A stretch of DNA of 57,360 nucleotides, counting the filler, from Sphacelaria rigidula (lineage: Eukaryota): NCBI GenBank assembly GCA_964200075.2. It is 7 parts of 7 records of this genome, joined end to end, with 100 filler letters (N's around TTAATTAATTAA, not from the genome) between each part and the next. Parts side by side here need not be neighbours in the genome. Positions count along the whole stretch, not along the records: positions 1 to 8,110 come from CAXNAA020012268.1; positions 8,211 to 16,320 come from CAXNAA020012269.1; 5 more parts are not named here. One strand, written 5' to 3'. Below the pieces are notes generated by a model. That model did not search any database. It worked only from the letters and a program-made list of their open reading frames with translations, and was not told where the DNA came from. Below are positions 1 through 11,727 of this stretch, piece after piece; position 1 is the first letter of the stretch, and each line of letters opens with the position of its first letter. A program made the translations under genes and the position numbers.

Positions 1-425
1 CCCCCCCCAAACCCCCCGCCTCGAAAGGGAGGGGTGGTCAATAGTCGGACCCCAAGGGCAAGAGACAAATGAAAACCCCCCCCCCCCCCCCCCTTCCCCC
101 CCCACACACACACCTTCTCAATACTCGCGACTATATCTGGGAGTGGCGATACCAGAAAATGAAGCAACACATTGTCTATATGCAAGATAATCAGTACGCG
201 TCGGGCCGACAAACCTCGGCAGGATGCAGCTCACTCTTGATGCGACTCGCCGAACATATCACAGCGCTTCGTACTTGGTGATTGATTGCGAGTCTGGTCC
301 GGCAAAACCCTGGCGTGCTCTGTCCCGGCTTTGCAGGGATGCGAAGTCAACAGTCATATGACTACGGCATGCAAGATCATGAGTACATCCCCCTTCTATG
401 AGTGTACTCTTCCCCCCCCATCCCC
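1..425 (+). repeat. C-tract-bounded dispersed repeat family; other copies at ~7550-8110, 8290-8425, 16421-16800, 40860-40944 (+) and 24430-24500, 24630-24940, 49255-49490, 55415-55470 (-)
   Basis: Shared blocks GGCGTGCTCCGTCCCGG...GGCATGCA..GATCATGAGTACACCCCC and CTCCGTCTCGAAAGGGATGCGTGGTCAATGGTCAAA..GGCAAGCAACAAATG recur at these positions. Confidence 0.85.
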
Positions 426-1280
426 TACCGCAGGATCACTGTTATGATTTGTTGGTCTCTGTGTAGCAAACGACTGTTTGAACGTCCGCAAATGGACAAC
501 AACTACGCTTTTGTCCGGCATTCATTCTTACCATGTGAACAATCTTGCCGGTTCAGACGGGCATTCGGAGCGTGTTCACCGGTTAATATGGTATATGTTG
601 TTCCTACCGTGTCAGCTTTTGCGAAGTTTTCGGGATCTTTTTCTGAAGGTCGAATCGCACATTTCCAGCCAGAAAATACAGTCCGAAATGTCCGCACCGG
701 CACATGAAGAAATCCACGGGAAAAAAACGACTGATGATGTGCTTGGTAGTGAAAGGATCATCTCGAGCACTAAGTTATTTCCAATTCCTAGAGATATCTG
801 CCTGAAAGCCCGGCGAGTTTGCACCAGGTGGGAACAAAAGTGGAAATATTGCTGGGCAAACTGCGTCCCCGTGAGGACAATGACCAAAGGGTGGGAGGTA
901 CCAAAATGAAGGTGGGGAGGTTCTGTCGAGTATTTTGTACTATAGCCATGCATCGTTGAAGTGCTATCATGCCACACCCTACAGAGAGGGGTACGGCAGC
1001 TCGAGTACGGTTTTCCGACACATTTGGAGTACCAATCGCGGTAAAACGTATATCCAAGAATCAACCGAAACCTGACTGGTGACAACAGTGACGCGAGCTT
1101 TGGTACGGGTTGGCAGTATGCTTCGAATTTCTCAGCCTGTTGACCGCCAACGTATTGTGATTGGTCGTCTGGGCCTTACATGAACACCTCGAGTGAAAAT
1201 CCTATGCCGATTCGACTGATCGCAATGCGTGAGAGGGCCGCGTGCTGAGGGGACTGCATCTGAGTTTAAACACCCCTATG

Positions 1281-1318
1281 GTTAGGGTTGGGGTTGGGGT
1301 TAGGGTTAGGGTCAGGGG
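1281..1318 (+). repeat. Degenerate interstitial telomere-like (TTAGGG/TTGGGG)n tract within a dispersed repeat
   Basis: GTTAGGGTTGGGGTTGGGGTTAGGGTTAGGGTCAGGGG. A related tract on the minus strand at ~39370-39403 shares flanking homology. Confidence 0.75.
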
Positions 1319-1326
1319 CGTGGTCC

Positions 1327-1583
1327 GTGACGAAAATACGCCGTACGTTGAGTTGGTGGTGATGATATGGATAATGACTGGGGGCACGGCGATTCTGGAG
1401 AGTTCTGGATAATGAGCGGGGACACGGAGATGATATATGTAGGTCTAGAAAGCTGATGTCCTGGGAGGGCGCTCCTGAATAATAAGAATGTTGTAAAGGC
1501 TGACAGCTGAAGCTGAGGCCAGTAAGACTGGGGAGTCCCTCATCAGCAGTGATCCAACAGTGCTTCCACTGGCTGGCGTCACA
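1327..1583 (+). repeat. 5' LTR of gypsy element 1
   Basis: Aligns by eye with 5534-5792, with roughly 27 differences in ~257 nt (~90% identity, manual count). Confidence 0.95.
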
Positions 1584-1893
1584 ATATCGATATTATTGCT
1601 AGTGCTAGTGTAGTGTTAGTGCTAGAAACCTGCTGGAAAGGATTCCGGTAGGAGTCTGGAAGCTGTGGAAACCTGATACACCACGGACGCGTGAAGAGGG
1701 TTCCAGCTGAGGCAGCTGCAGAAAGGCGGCTGGCCTGTGATTGATCCAGACTGGAGACTTGCTGAAGCTGCGCGCAGCGGGATTTTGGAGGCTCTTACGA
1801 CTGTGTGGTGCGACGACGAGGCAAGAAAGTGTGCAATTCGCGAAAGTCCGCTGGCCTGTGAAATTTCGCAGGTAGCCGGTTGCAGCTACGCGT

Positions 1894-2709
1894 ATGGCGA
1901 CCGGTTTGTGTACTACAACCGGTGTGACGCCCGTGGTTATGCGAGAAGAATTGCGACCTCCCCAATACGGGGATAGGTACTCAGAGAGTGCATCTCGCAC
2001 TTTTATTACGAAGTACTTTCAGTACAAGAAGCCTGTGAAGCACGCTAACGCAGGGGGTGCTGTGCGGCATCAGGTGGTGTCAATGGCTCAACAAGTGCCA
2101 GCTTATGTGCAGAAAGTATTTGCTCGTTTGGAACATAAAAAAACCGCAACCACCCCGCCGCAATTGGTTGCGGCGATCAGAAAGCATGCTGGGCATGCCA
2201 CGGGCACTTGCCACTGTTGTGGCCAGGTCGGCCATTACGCGCGCGATTGCCCAACGTCTTCCGGTGGAAAGTCTGGGCAGTCTCATGCCGCGCGCCATCA
2301 GCATCGTCAGCACAAGGGCGAAGGACGAGGTAATCGTGGTGGCGGCGGCGGATCCTCCGGCGGTGGAGGGTCCCAGTCGAGTCCTCAGCAGCAGCAACAG
2401 CAACAGCAGCAGCAGCAGCAGCAGCAGGGGCCGGGGCGTCAGCATGGGTCTGGTTCTGGGTTCGGCGCCGCTGTAGGTGCTGCGGCTCCGCAACGGGCGG
2501 TGCAGGTGGGACCGACTTCTACAGTGTCGAACACTGCGTCGACGCCGGTGGTGGCGCCGGTGGCGACACAGGCAGCAGCGCCAGGCGCGACGCCTGCTGA
2601 CGCGCTGGTTGTAGGTTCGCCAAATTCTTGGTCTGCTGGCTTGGGGTCATACCCACTGGCGGTGCCGTTCGAACCTGCCGGGGCGTCTTCGCCTGCCGCG
2701 CAGCCGTGA
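1894..2709 (+). pseudogene. gag: gag-like ORF with CCHC zinc knuckle (internally deleted relative to element 2)
   Basis: CHCCGQVGHYARDC knuckle. The N-terminal segment ELRPPQYGDRYSESASR matches PLDPPKYGEVWTEEASR in element 2. G/Q-rich tail. Confidence 0.85.
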
Positions 2710-2757
2710 CGTCAAGTAGGAGTAGCGGCGCATTATTGGTCGGCGAATAAACGGCCA

Positions 2758-5440
2758 GTGGAGTCTGCACACAACTACGTTCCTGCGGAGCCGTGTCCCC
2801 CAAATCAACGGGAGCGTGGAGCCATTGCGGTTCAGGCTAAATGGGATTCTGGCGCCCACTTGACGGATCATGTGAGTCTGTCGGTACAAATGGTAGAGAT
2901 GTTGGAGCGTCTTCTCCCGGGTGTGCCACTGCGCATTCCGTTTTCGCTCGGGGCGCGCCAGGCCATCACCGCGTCGTGTCAGCATGTTTACGTCACAGAG
3001 CGTACCGTGCTGTTCCGCTGCAACTGACTTTCGCGACTTCCTGGGGGCCGGCGCAGTTGCCTCCGATCTCGTTTGCGATCATGCCGGGGTCGGATGCCTT
3101 TATTCTTCTGGGGTTGCCGATTCTTCAGGACATTGGAGTCAACGCTCGGCGGTTGTGGGACTTTATGAAGACGCGGGTGTCTCCGCGTGGTCCACGCTTG
3201 GAGACGCCCACCGTTTTGGGCAGTCGCCGCGTGAGTTTGTCGGTGGATGCTTTTCAGGAGGCTGGAGGGCAGGTGACCGAGGAGCGGGATGCGGCATTGG
3301 AACGCTTAGTAGAGCGCGGCCCGGAGATGTTAATGTTTCCGGCCGAAGAGGAGTCCGCTCGGGAGGTCGCGCTGGAGGAGAGCGTGACGGATGCTGGGGC
3401 GACAGGCCTCAGCGTCTCAAAAGCGGAGCGCCTGCGCGGCATATTGTATTGCCGCATCAACGCGTTTCGTCGTGCGCTGCGGGGTGATCCCCCTGCGCGC
3501 GTGGAGCCCATGCATGTTCAGCTCAATACTGGGGCGTCCGCGGCGAAGACGAAGCCGCGGCGGTACGATCCAGTGAAGTCGACTTGGTTGGCGTTGTGCA
3601 TGGCGGTTCTCTTGGCGCTCGGGTTGGTGTTCCCGAATTTGCAGCTGGGGTGGTCCAGTCCAGATTTGGCGTTTCCGAATAAGGCTGCATCGTGGACGTA
3701 GGGCAGGCTGCAGGTGTGGGCGGCAGCGAAGGAATCTGGTGGCTCATGCTGTGACGCTGTACCCTCCTCGTCCTAATTGTCAGGTGTCTATGTTTCCGGA
3801 TGCATGTGAGTGCCAGTGGGGTAGCTTGGTCATGCAGATGCCTACAGTTGAAATTGAAATGCCTGTGCGCGCTGTGGCTATGTATGGTCCGTGTGAACCT
3901 GATGACTCGATGCCGTCCAAATATCTTGTGCGCCGAGCGCAACGAAAAGAACTTGGGGTCGAAGGTGCGGATGTGCAATCTTTCGAGTCGGACGTTGGTA
4001 CTGCTGTCTTGGACAATGAAGGTCCGTTTCGTGTGCATGTGTGTGGCCAATACGTTTTGTGGATCCCGAGTTCTGACAAGCAGTTGCAGGCACGTCTGAT
4101 GATTTGCGCGCACATGCGCGACGCCGGGCATCGTGATGTGGCTGCGACGCTCGTGCGCTTGCAAGAGTTTTGTGTCCGGCAGGGGATAGAAACTCATGTG
4201 CGCGAATTTGTCTGCCAGTGCCTTCACCGTGCTGACTCGAGGGCGGGCGATGTTGTTCCCCGCCAGCTCGGCGAAACGGTCCACGGGACCACGCCGAATG
4301 AAGTCGTTCATTTTGACGTCTTGTACGTGGGCGAGAGAGGCCCGCTAGCTTCCCAAGGTTTGTCGGAGGATGCTGGGTTTCGATACATTCTGGTAATCAT
4401 GGATGATTTGAGCAACTTTGTGGCTCTGGAACCAGTAGCAGTGTGTACTGCTGAATCGACCGCTGCATCTTTGCTGAATTGGTGCAAACCTTTGGGGCTG
4501 CCGCGTGTGTAGGCGAGTGATACCGCCACGCATTTCAAGAATGCGATCTTGGCCCGATTGCAAGAGGCTTCGCGCGTTGATCACCAGTTTGCGGTAGCGT
4601 ATTCTCCGTGGTCTAACGGTACGTGCGAACGCATGGTCAAGGAAGCAGTTCGTGCTCTTCGCTCTATTCTTTCATGCAGCGTAGAGCGCTTTCGGAGTGG
4701 GTGGACGTGTTGCCGGCGGTGCAATGGGCGCTTAATACAGCGTATCGTCGTCGTTACGATAGTACACCGTACCACATGACGTTTGGTCGTGCACCTCGGA
4801 CGTCTTTCACGGTGCTGGCGTCTTCGTCGGCTGGGGAATGGAATTGTGATGTTCTGGACCATGTTCAAATCGAAAGTGCATTGCAAGGAGTCTTGCACTT
4901 GCAAGAACGTTTCCACGTTCAAGTGCAGGAACGTATTGCCGCTGAACGTGCGCGTAGACGTGAGGGGTCCTCGTTGGGGCTGGAATTGCCGAATTCCGAG
5001 TTAGGCGACTATGTCTTGTATGCACGCGTGCGTCGTCCGGGAGTTACGCCCAAGTTGATGGGAACTTGGACTGGTCCATGGAGAGTGGTTGGTGCTCACC
5101 ACCCGCACGTGTTTGAAATTCAGAACATTGTTACGGGTCGTGTTCAGACCGCCCATGTAGCTCGTTTGCATTTTTATGCAGACTCGCAGCTTAATGTCAC
5201 GGCTGACGTTAAGGACGTGTTCCAGCATGCGTTCAATCAGGGGAAATTTCAGATGGCTGGTATTGTCCGAGTGGCAGAAGCAGATGATCGTTCGTTGATC
5301 GTGTTGGTCGACTGAGTTGGTTTCGAAGTTGAGGAGCGTACGTGGGAGACTTTCAAGGATATTTTTGAGGCCGCTCCGGAGTTTCTTACGAAGGAGTTTC
5401 GTAAATTGCGCGTGTGCCATTGCTGCTCGCATTACGGGTG
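2758..5440 (+). pseudogene. pol: pol remnant: aspartic protease, RT N-terminus, RNase H fragment, integrase, chromodomain (frameshifts and stops)
   Basis: Protease WDSGA; RT lead-in WSSP then an abrupt jump to RNase H MFPDACECQWG; integrase HMRDAGH...CQCLH, VHFDVLYV, SDTATHF, NGTCERM; chromodomain LVD*VGFEVEERTWE. Confidence 0.9.
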
Positions 5441-5533
5441 AGTTTGGTATTCAGTTGTGACTTACTCATCATTTTGGCGTTTTCTATGTTTCAACTTGTT
5501 GTTCGATTTTCGTCCAACGCGCGTTGGAGGTGC

Positions 5534-5792
5534 TGTGACGAAAATACGCCGTACGTTGAGTTGGTAGTGATGATATGGATAATGACCAGGGGCACGGCGA
5601 TTCTGGAGGGTTCTGGATAATGACCGGGGACACGGAGGTGGTATCTGCAGGTCTATAAAGCTGGTGCCCTGGAAGGGCACTCCTGAATATTGAGAATGCT
5701 GTAAAGGCTGACAACTGAAACTGAGGCCAGCAAGCCTGGGGGGGCCCTCAACAGAAGTGATCCAACAGTGCTTCCACTGGCTGACGTCCACA
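5534..5792 (+). repeat. 3' LTR of gypsy element 1
   Basis: TGTGACG...CACA, direct repeat of 1327-1583, followed by the TSD GGTCC. Confidence 0.95.
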
Positions 5793-6068
5793 GGTCCCTG
5801 CAGGGACTGGCCCGACTGGTTTTGGAAAACGTCGATCCTGAGGTATTTTAAACTACGATCCGGTCCTCTATGTACGCGGTCGTCTCACGCATTACACTGA
5901 TGACTCACCCCGGTGGTCCGAGGTTTAAAGGTGTAGAGTTTGCGTTGCGTGACAGCGTCCATGGCTCTCCCGCGCAGGTTGCACTCAGAGGCGGGGCATT
6001 ACGGTCATCAAGATGGACTCTAGTTTGATAAGCGCAACGCTTGTTCGATCAACACTGGAACCCTAGTT

Positions 6069-7310
6069 TCAAGCTTCAGAGACGTTTCCGACGCTGCTGA
6101 TTTTTTCGCCTAGATGGACGAATGACTCGACTTGCTTGTTCCTCTGGCCCACCGCCTCCACCTCGACTACATTCGCTTTCATGCTGGGGGAGTTTATATA
6201 TATGTATATATATGCATGGTGACCGTCTTCTCTTGCACTACGACGAGGCCGAATGCCGCACATACTTCGACGACGACCGTCATCATCTTTGCCAGGCTTA
6301 GTTGAGATAGCGAGGTCATACCAGCGTCGTCGGCGTACAGCATGGCTCAAATGGCTTTGCTAGTTTCGTCCCTGTTCTTCCCGCCATGTGGATGAGGTCC
6401 TGCGCCATCACACTATTGATCGAAAAGCGGTCGAATGTCACCGTCGGCACTGCCGCAAGGAAGATGCTTAATGAACTGGGGGAAAGCACACGGCCTGAGC
6501 GGAGGCCCTGGCTAGCGTTAAGGCACTCAGACGTCTCGCCGCCGACGAGGTGTACGCATGCCCGCACGCGGTTGTGGAACTGACGAATGATGAAAATAAT
6601 CTTCGTGCGGATACCGTATATTGTGCTAGCACCTCCAAGAGAAGAGAGCGGTTCACTGAGTCGTATGCCTTTTGCAGGTCGATGAAGGAGATGTACAGGG
6701 GATTATTCTTTTCTCTGGCCACTTCTTGAAGTCTGCGCACAAGGTACATCACGTCGACAGTCGACCGGCCGGATCGGAAGCCGCATTGAGCTTCTGGGAG
6801 AATTCCCTTCCACTCGCAGTAGGCGCTGAGGCGAGTTGCAACTGTCTTGAGAACCACCTTGCCCGCGTGGGACCCTCTCGAAGTACGGTGGTAGTTGCCG
6901 CATTCGCGCGGGTCCTGTCTTGATGATGGCGCCTTTCTATTCCTGCGGCACTACTTCGTGATGCCACACGTTGAGCACGATGTTGAGGAGGCGCTCCAGG
7001 GTGGCACAGAGTCCTGGGAGCGGCCGAGCATCAGTAATTCGCCGTAGATGTTGTCCGTCCCAACGGCCTTCCCGTTCACCAGCTTGCCCATGGCTTCCTT
7101 CACTTCTTCCATCGAGGGCTCGGCCACGAGCGGTGCGATACAGAGAAATGCCAATGAGGCTAGACAAATTCCCAGACGTTTTTGTCGTTGTTCCACGCCA
7201 CCGCAAAGACATGAGAGGCGCGCGGCACAGCTCTCAACACACCACACGAGTCAACGAGCACCTCCATCGTGGGCTGCAGTTTTCCAGTCTATTTACAGAC
7301 TACAAGCACA
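6069..7310 (-). mobile_element. LINE (RTE-like) reverse transcriptase remnant
   Basis: ILPEAQCGFRSGRSTVD, FIDLQKAYDSVNR, QGLRSGRVLSP, MLYADD (~6327-6343), VESFVHLG, spread over several broken frames. Confidence 0.92.
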
Positions 7311-7774
7311 TACATCGTGTGAGGAGGCACAGCACAATGAACTGACGAATAAAATAAGGGCTTGAAAAACGAAGACGATCTCCTCTGTGATCTTGCAATA
7401 CAGATGCCTCAGAGGCATGTACGAGCATCCTAGGCTAGAGGCAGAGAGAGAAGGGGTACGTGCCCCCGCCTATGTACCGCCTCCCTGGAGCAAGTAATAT
7501 TCCAGGGAGTTTGTGTGCTTTCTGGTCGGTCGGTGATGAGGTATCCCACCCCCCACGGACCCCCGTGGCTGCTCCGTCTCGAAAGGGATGCGTGGTCAAT
7601 GGTCAAACGACAAAGGCAAGCAACAAATGAGTGCGCCCCCATGGACTCCCAATGGGGTTGGTGTCGGATGGCGATGACGCTATAAAACACGCCACTCACA
7701 CTGCGTATGCTAGGCCACCAGGTTACCGAATTTTTTTCCGCGCGCTTGAGTTCCTTTTTACGGTAACCATGATG

Positions 7775-8012
7775 GTGCACATTCATATTCTGAGCGTAGG
7801 AATGTTAGGGGCCATTCATCTCATCCAAAACACGACTTTTGAAAATGTGTGAGAGAACACCAGGATCACTATTTTCATATGCTGGGGATCCCCCGAATAA
7901 ATTTACAAACGGGGATGCCCTGACCCATATTCCTGTGCATCTAGGATCGTCAGGAGCCCCTGAACCAGACAAGATTTCGCGCAAAAAGTGCACCCCTACC
8001 GTAGCATTACTC
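7775..8012. mobile_element. Same MITE family (copy 1, left TIR truncated), inserted in the C-tract repeat
   Basis: Internal homology to 17091-17347; right TIR GTGCACCCCTACCGTAGCATTACTC. The empty site is seen in reverse at ~24780-24815. Confidence 0.8.
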
Positions 8013-8110
8013 AATGGTAGTCGAGCTAGATCATGTTGTGGGGCGTGGGAGAACCTCAACTCCGCACAATGCGCATGATCGTACTACGTAGTGTTTAAAT
8101 GGTGAGACAC

Positions 8111-8210
8111 NNNNNNNNNNNNNNNNNNNNNNNNNNNNNNNNNNNNNNNNNNNNTTAATTAATTAANNNNNNNNNNNNNNNNNNNNNNNNNNNNNNNNNN
8201 NNNNNNNNNN
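8111..8210. other. Artificial scaffold spacer (also 16321-16420, 24529-24628, 32737-32836, 40945-41044, 49153-49252)
   Basis: Identical 44N-TTAATTAATTAA-44N blocks with stop codons in all six frames. Confidence 0.97.
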
Positions 8211-8439
8211 AAGACGTGCGTGTCACCGGTCAACTGCCTAGGGCGGGCAAAAAGTTGGCCCCCCCCCCCCCCCCCCCCCCCCCCCCGTCAAGGCGATTCG
8301 CGCCTGGTGACTGAGTGCGAGCCTGGTCCAGCGAAAACCCGGCGTGCTCCGTCCCGGCCTTGTAGGCATCCAAGGTCGATGGTCAAATGACTGATGGCAT
8401 GCATGATCATGAGTACACCCCCGGTCCCTTCGACGCCAG

Positions 8440-10637
8440 GCTCTCTACGGAATCCCACCTCCCTCGCTCGTGAATCTGCGCGCTCCTGCCCTGCCTGTCG
8501 TCCTCCCTGTTGGAGTCCACCATCTCCTCCAGCGCGTACAGCAGGTCCGTCAGGTCGTCTCCTGTGGCCATCGACGCGAATCGCTTCTCCAGACGCGAAG
8601 CCAGCTCTTCCCCCTGCTGCTTGTGGGAGACATAGCCGACTTCATCTTCATCGGTGACAATACCTGGCGTCGACCCAAACGCGTGTCGAATTCCGGCCTG
8701 CAGTTGTTCTGGCCGGGACGGGAGAGCGAACAAGGAGAATATCGAGTGCACGGGCGAGGGCGCAGGTGGGCGGGGCATCCTCGTGTGGTGTGTGTGGTGC
8801 ATCAAAGAGAGGAAACACAAAGTGGACTTGTTACTGTATTGCACACATTCATGGGGATATCCATGCAATTCGAATTTACAAGTTTTTGCAATTTCGCAAG
8901 GGCCAAATGTCAGGTTTAGCTCGGATATGAATAATGCAACACACACAGACACACACACACACATGCATGCCCTTGTACAGTCGTTCTCGTTTTCAAAGAC
9001 GCCCTGGTCGAAGCCACCTGCCCGGCGATAAGGACACGCTCTGACTATACTTGCACTTTTTTCCCCATTCTCCTCTCCCATGCTCAGAATTATGATGGCG
9101 GAACGTACAGCGGAATAACGCACGGAAAATATATGCCATAAAATCCCTCGATTTTCGGGGAAATCAGGGCAACAACTACATGCTCCGGCAGCGAGTCCAT
9201 CAAAGCGTTCTCGTGGACAGATATCGTGTTTTACCCTGCGAGTGTTGCTTCTGGCGCGGTTCAATTCAACATGACGCCAAGGATATTGTGGATGATGACT
9301 ACACCTCGATCCTTCGGGGATCAATTAATGTACGACAAAGAAAGATGAAAAAAAAAAAATCCATCGAACGCGGATACTGCGGTACCGCCTTGGCAATGCA
9401 CTTGCTTGGACGGCAATGGGACCACGAATAATAGTGTGCATATGCACATGTGAGGATTGCAGTAGCTCTTGGGTGCCACCACGTACAGGTTTTACGCATC
9501 CGTTTTTCATGTGCGTATAGAACCCGAACCACGACGACAACGACGACGACGACGAGTCGGTCTTCTTGAAAAAAAACAACTTTTATTATTGTTCTGAGAC
9601 GAAATTCCGTATCCACAACAACTTGGGGGCTCATTTGAAGGCCTCGCAGGTGAACAGCACGCAAAATACTGTAGTCTAGCGTCTCCACCATCACTGAGAC
9701 GTTAAACCTCGAACCGAATTCACGTCTCGTGGTGCTGTAGCGGACCGGACCGGGTCTGTAGCTCTTAAGCCCGAGTACGGCAGCATCTCTTTCTCATACT
9801 GCATTTGGAAAAAAAAACGAGTCAATGGTCGACGAGGACAAGGGATTGCTGAACCCCTCTCGCGATAAAAAAAAAAGGCAAGCACGGCAGAAGGAACAAT
9901 GGGAACGAAAACAAACAAGAAAGAACAAACCCCTGCGTTGGGCTTCCTCCTGTGTGACCCCGGCTGGTGCACCCACATATACCGAAAGGTGCAGACCAGC
10001 GTCCAGAATAGATGGGATGACAAAACACACAGAATACACACATTCTAGTCATGTGCCTGGATACCGGAAGATGGGCGTGACCGTGTTCTTGAAAACTTAT
10101 CATACGCAATACCTTTTAATATAGTACGACCGTTTATTTCCATCATACCTTCTTTTTTTCTCCTTGACCGGGCCACCTTACCCTCATTCCAAAGCGCCCA
10201 TTGCGTCACACAACACCGGTATTGTCTCACGGATGGCGGGTCATCATCCCCCTGAACCTTAAGGACACCTCCCCCCTCCGCTTAAAGCACACTGTTTTTG
10301 CGGGAGCATACACAACGTGCTTGAAGCGGAGACAACAGTACTGTCCTCGAAAAAGTACAGGTAGAAAAAATCGAAGCAGTCCAGTGACGTACGTAAAAAA
10401 CGAAATGCAAACCTCGGTGGTCTCTGCAAAGGGTGTGTAATCATAACCGGCACCTGCCCCCCCCCCCCCTGCCTCCGCCGCCCGGTTCTGCGATGTTCTC
10501 TCACCAAGACTTTTCTCCTTGGCATGCTCGACAGCCTCAAGCTGGTCCGCGATAATCGAGGCTAGGACTCGAAACTGCAGCGGGGTTAATGGGGGACCGT
10601 CACCCGGTCTTTCTGTCCAATCGTCCCCCTCCTCGCT
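8440..10637 (-). CDS. Candidate exons of an unidentified gene (10637-10505; 8697-~8450)
   Basis: Good splice signals and protein-like frames (PLQFRVLASIIADQLEAVEHAKEK; EELASRLEKRFASMATGDDLTDLLYALEEMV), but the phases do not join directly and no family was recognised. Confidence 0.35.
9825..10040 (+). mobile_element. 5'-truncated SINE copy (another fragment at ~26625-26745)
   Basis: Matches the 3' half of the SINE body; ends GATGGGATGACAAAACACAC. Confidence 0.75.
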
Positions 10638-11727
10638 CTGTGTGGGACCGAATGGAGGGGGCGGGGGAGGGGCGGGATGCCAGGATGAGTGGCGGTGAAA
10701 GTCAAACGGGAAATACGCAAGGATAGCGCAGTACCTACAGTACAGTCGTGGAGCAGAAAACGCGCTTACATTGCCGTCGCGGCCGCAATGCGTAGAAAGC
10801 GTAGCGATCCCCCCTCCCCCCCCCCCCCTCCCAATCGACTGATTTGAAGTAGGTGTTCCTCTGTTTCATTTGCATTGTCAAGCCAACTCCCGAAGTGCGA
10901 AACGAAGTGCATGCTGCACGCGGCGCCTGGTGCGTGATTGAGGGGTATTTCGATCCCATGCCTGAGGTATTTTGTGATAAGTCTTCGCCCACAGCCAACC
11001 CTACCAGGACGAGCACAGATGAACACACACACACACACACACACACACAAGCAACGTGCACGGAACCACAGCGTCGATTTTGTCCTCACACTTCCTTGCT
11101 GCCCAAGCCGAAGCTCGTGGCGTTGAGACTTGGGGAAGGAGGCCAAACACGGTCGGCTTTTGCGTTTTTTACTTCGATGCAGGGAAGAAAACCTCGACCT
11201 GACCGCTGAATCATGATGGACCTAGCTATGCTACTGCAACCTTACCGGGCAAAAATTGACACTCGAGAAATCCGAGTAAATGCTCACTCGAGCCAGGGCT
11301 CGCGGTCTACGCATTTAATATGATCATCCTCCAAAACTTGACGGGACTTTTCAAGGTCGGATTCTCCGAAAAGAAGTGGCCTCGGGCGCGTACAGGATGG
11401 GATACACACTGGGGGACACTGCAGCAGTTGAAGGACTGACCTCAATACGAATAGAAAGTCGATAGTTGTGAATGTACCTTTTTTTCTTACTTCCTTTACA
11501 TAGTGTGAGGGGCGACTTCCAGGAAAATTCGTAGCCCACCGTATCTCTCTTCATTTGCCGTCATTACATACAGTAGTTCGATTTACCAGACTTGCGGCCA
11601 ACTTCAGTCAATGCATTCTTACTACAGGTCTAGTGACAGGTTCGTATAACCTGAGTCAGGTCTAGTTTAGAGGTCCGAATACACGCCTGGCAACTCAGAG
11701 CTTACCCCGTCTATCAGATGCTGTAGA

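Larger units (their letters stand above)
1327..5792 (+). mobile_element. Ty3/gypsy (chromovirus-like) LTR retrotransposon, degenerate, most of RT deleted
   Basis: Two ~257-bp direct repeats (1327-1583, 5534-5792) with (T)GTGACG...CACA ends and a GGTCC duplication at 1322-1326 and 5793-5797. Internal order is gag-protease-(RT start)-RNase H fragment-integrase-chromodomain. Confidence 0.95.

Noticed and set aside
478..1085. ORFs of 143-157 aa near the window start
   Set aside because: No recognisable domain or splice structure; cannot be supported.
1281..1318. True telomere or chromosome fusion site
   Set aside because: Only ~6 degenerate units, embedded in a repeat that has a paralogue at ~39257-39410.
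3523..4311. Long antisense ORFs over the gypsy elements (also 26869-27642, 29147-29620)
   Set aside because: Shadows of GC-rich sense-strand coding sequence with no motifs of their own.
8155..8166. TTAATTAATTAA motif recurring six times
   Set aside because: Always centred in exactly 44+44 Ns; an assembly linker, not biology.
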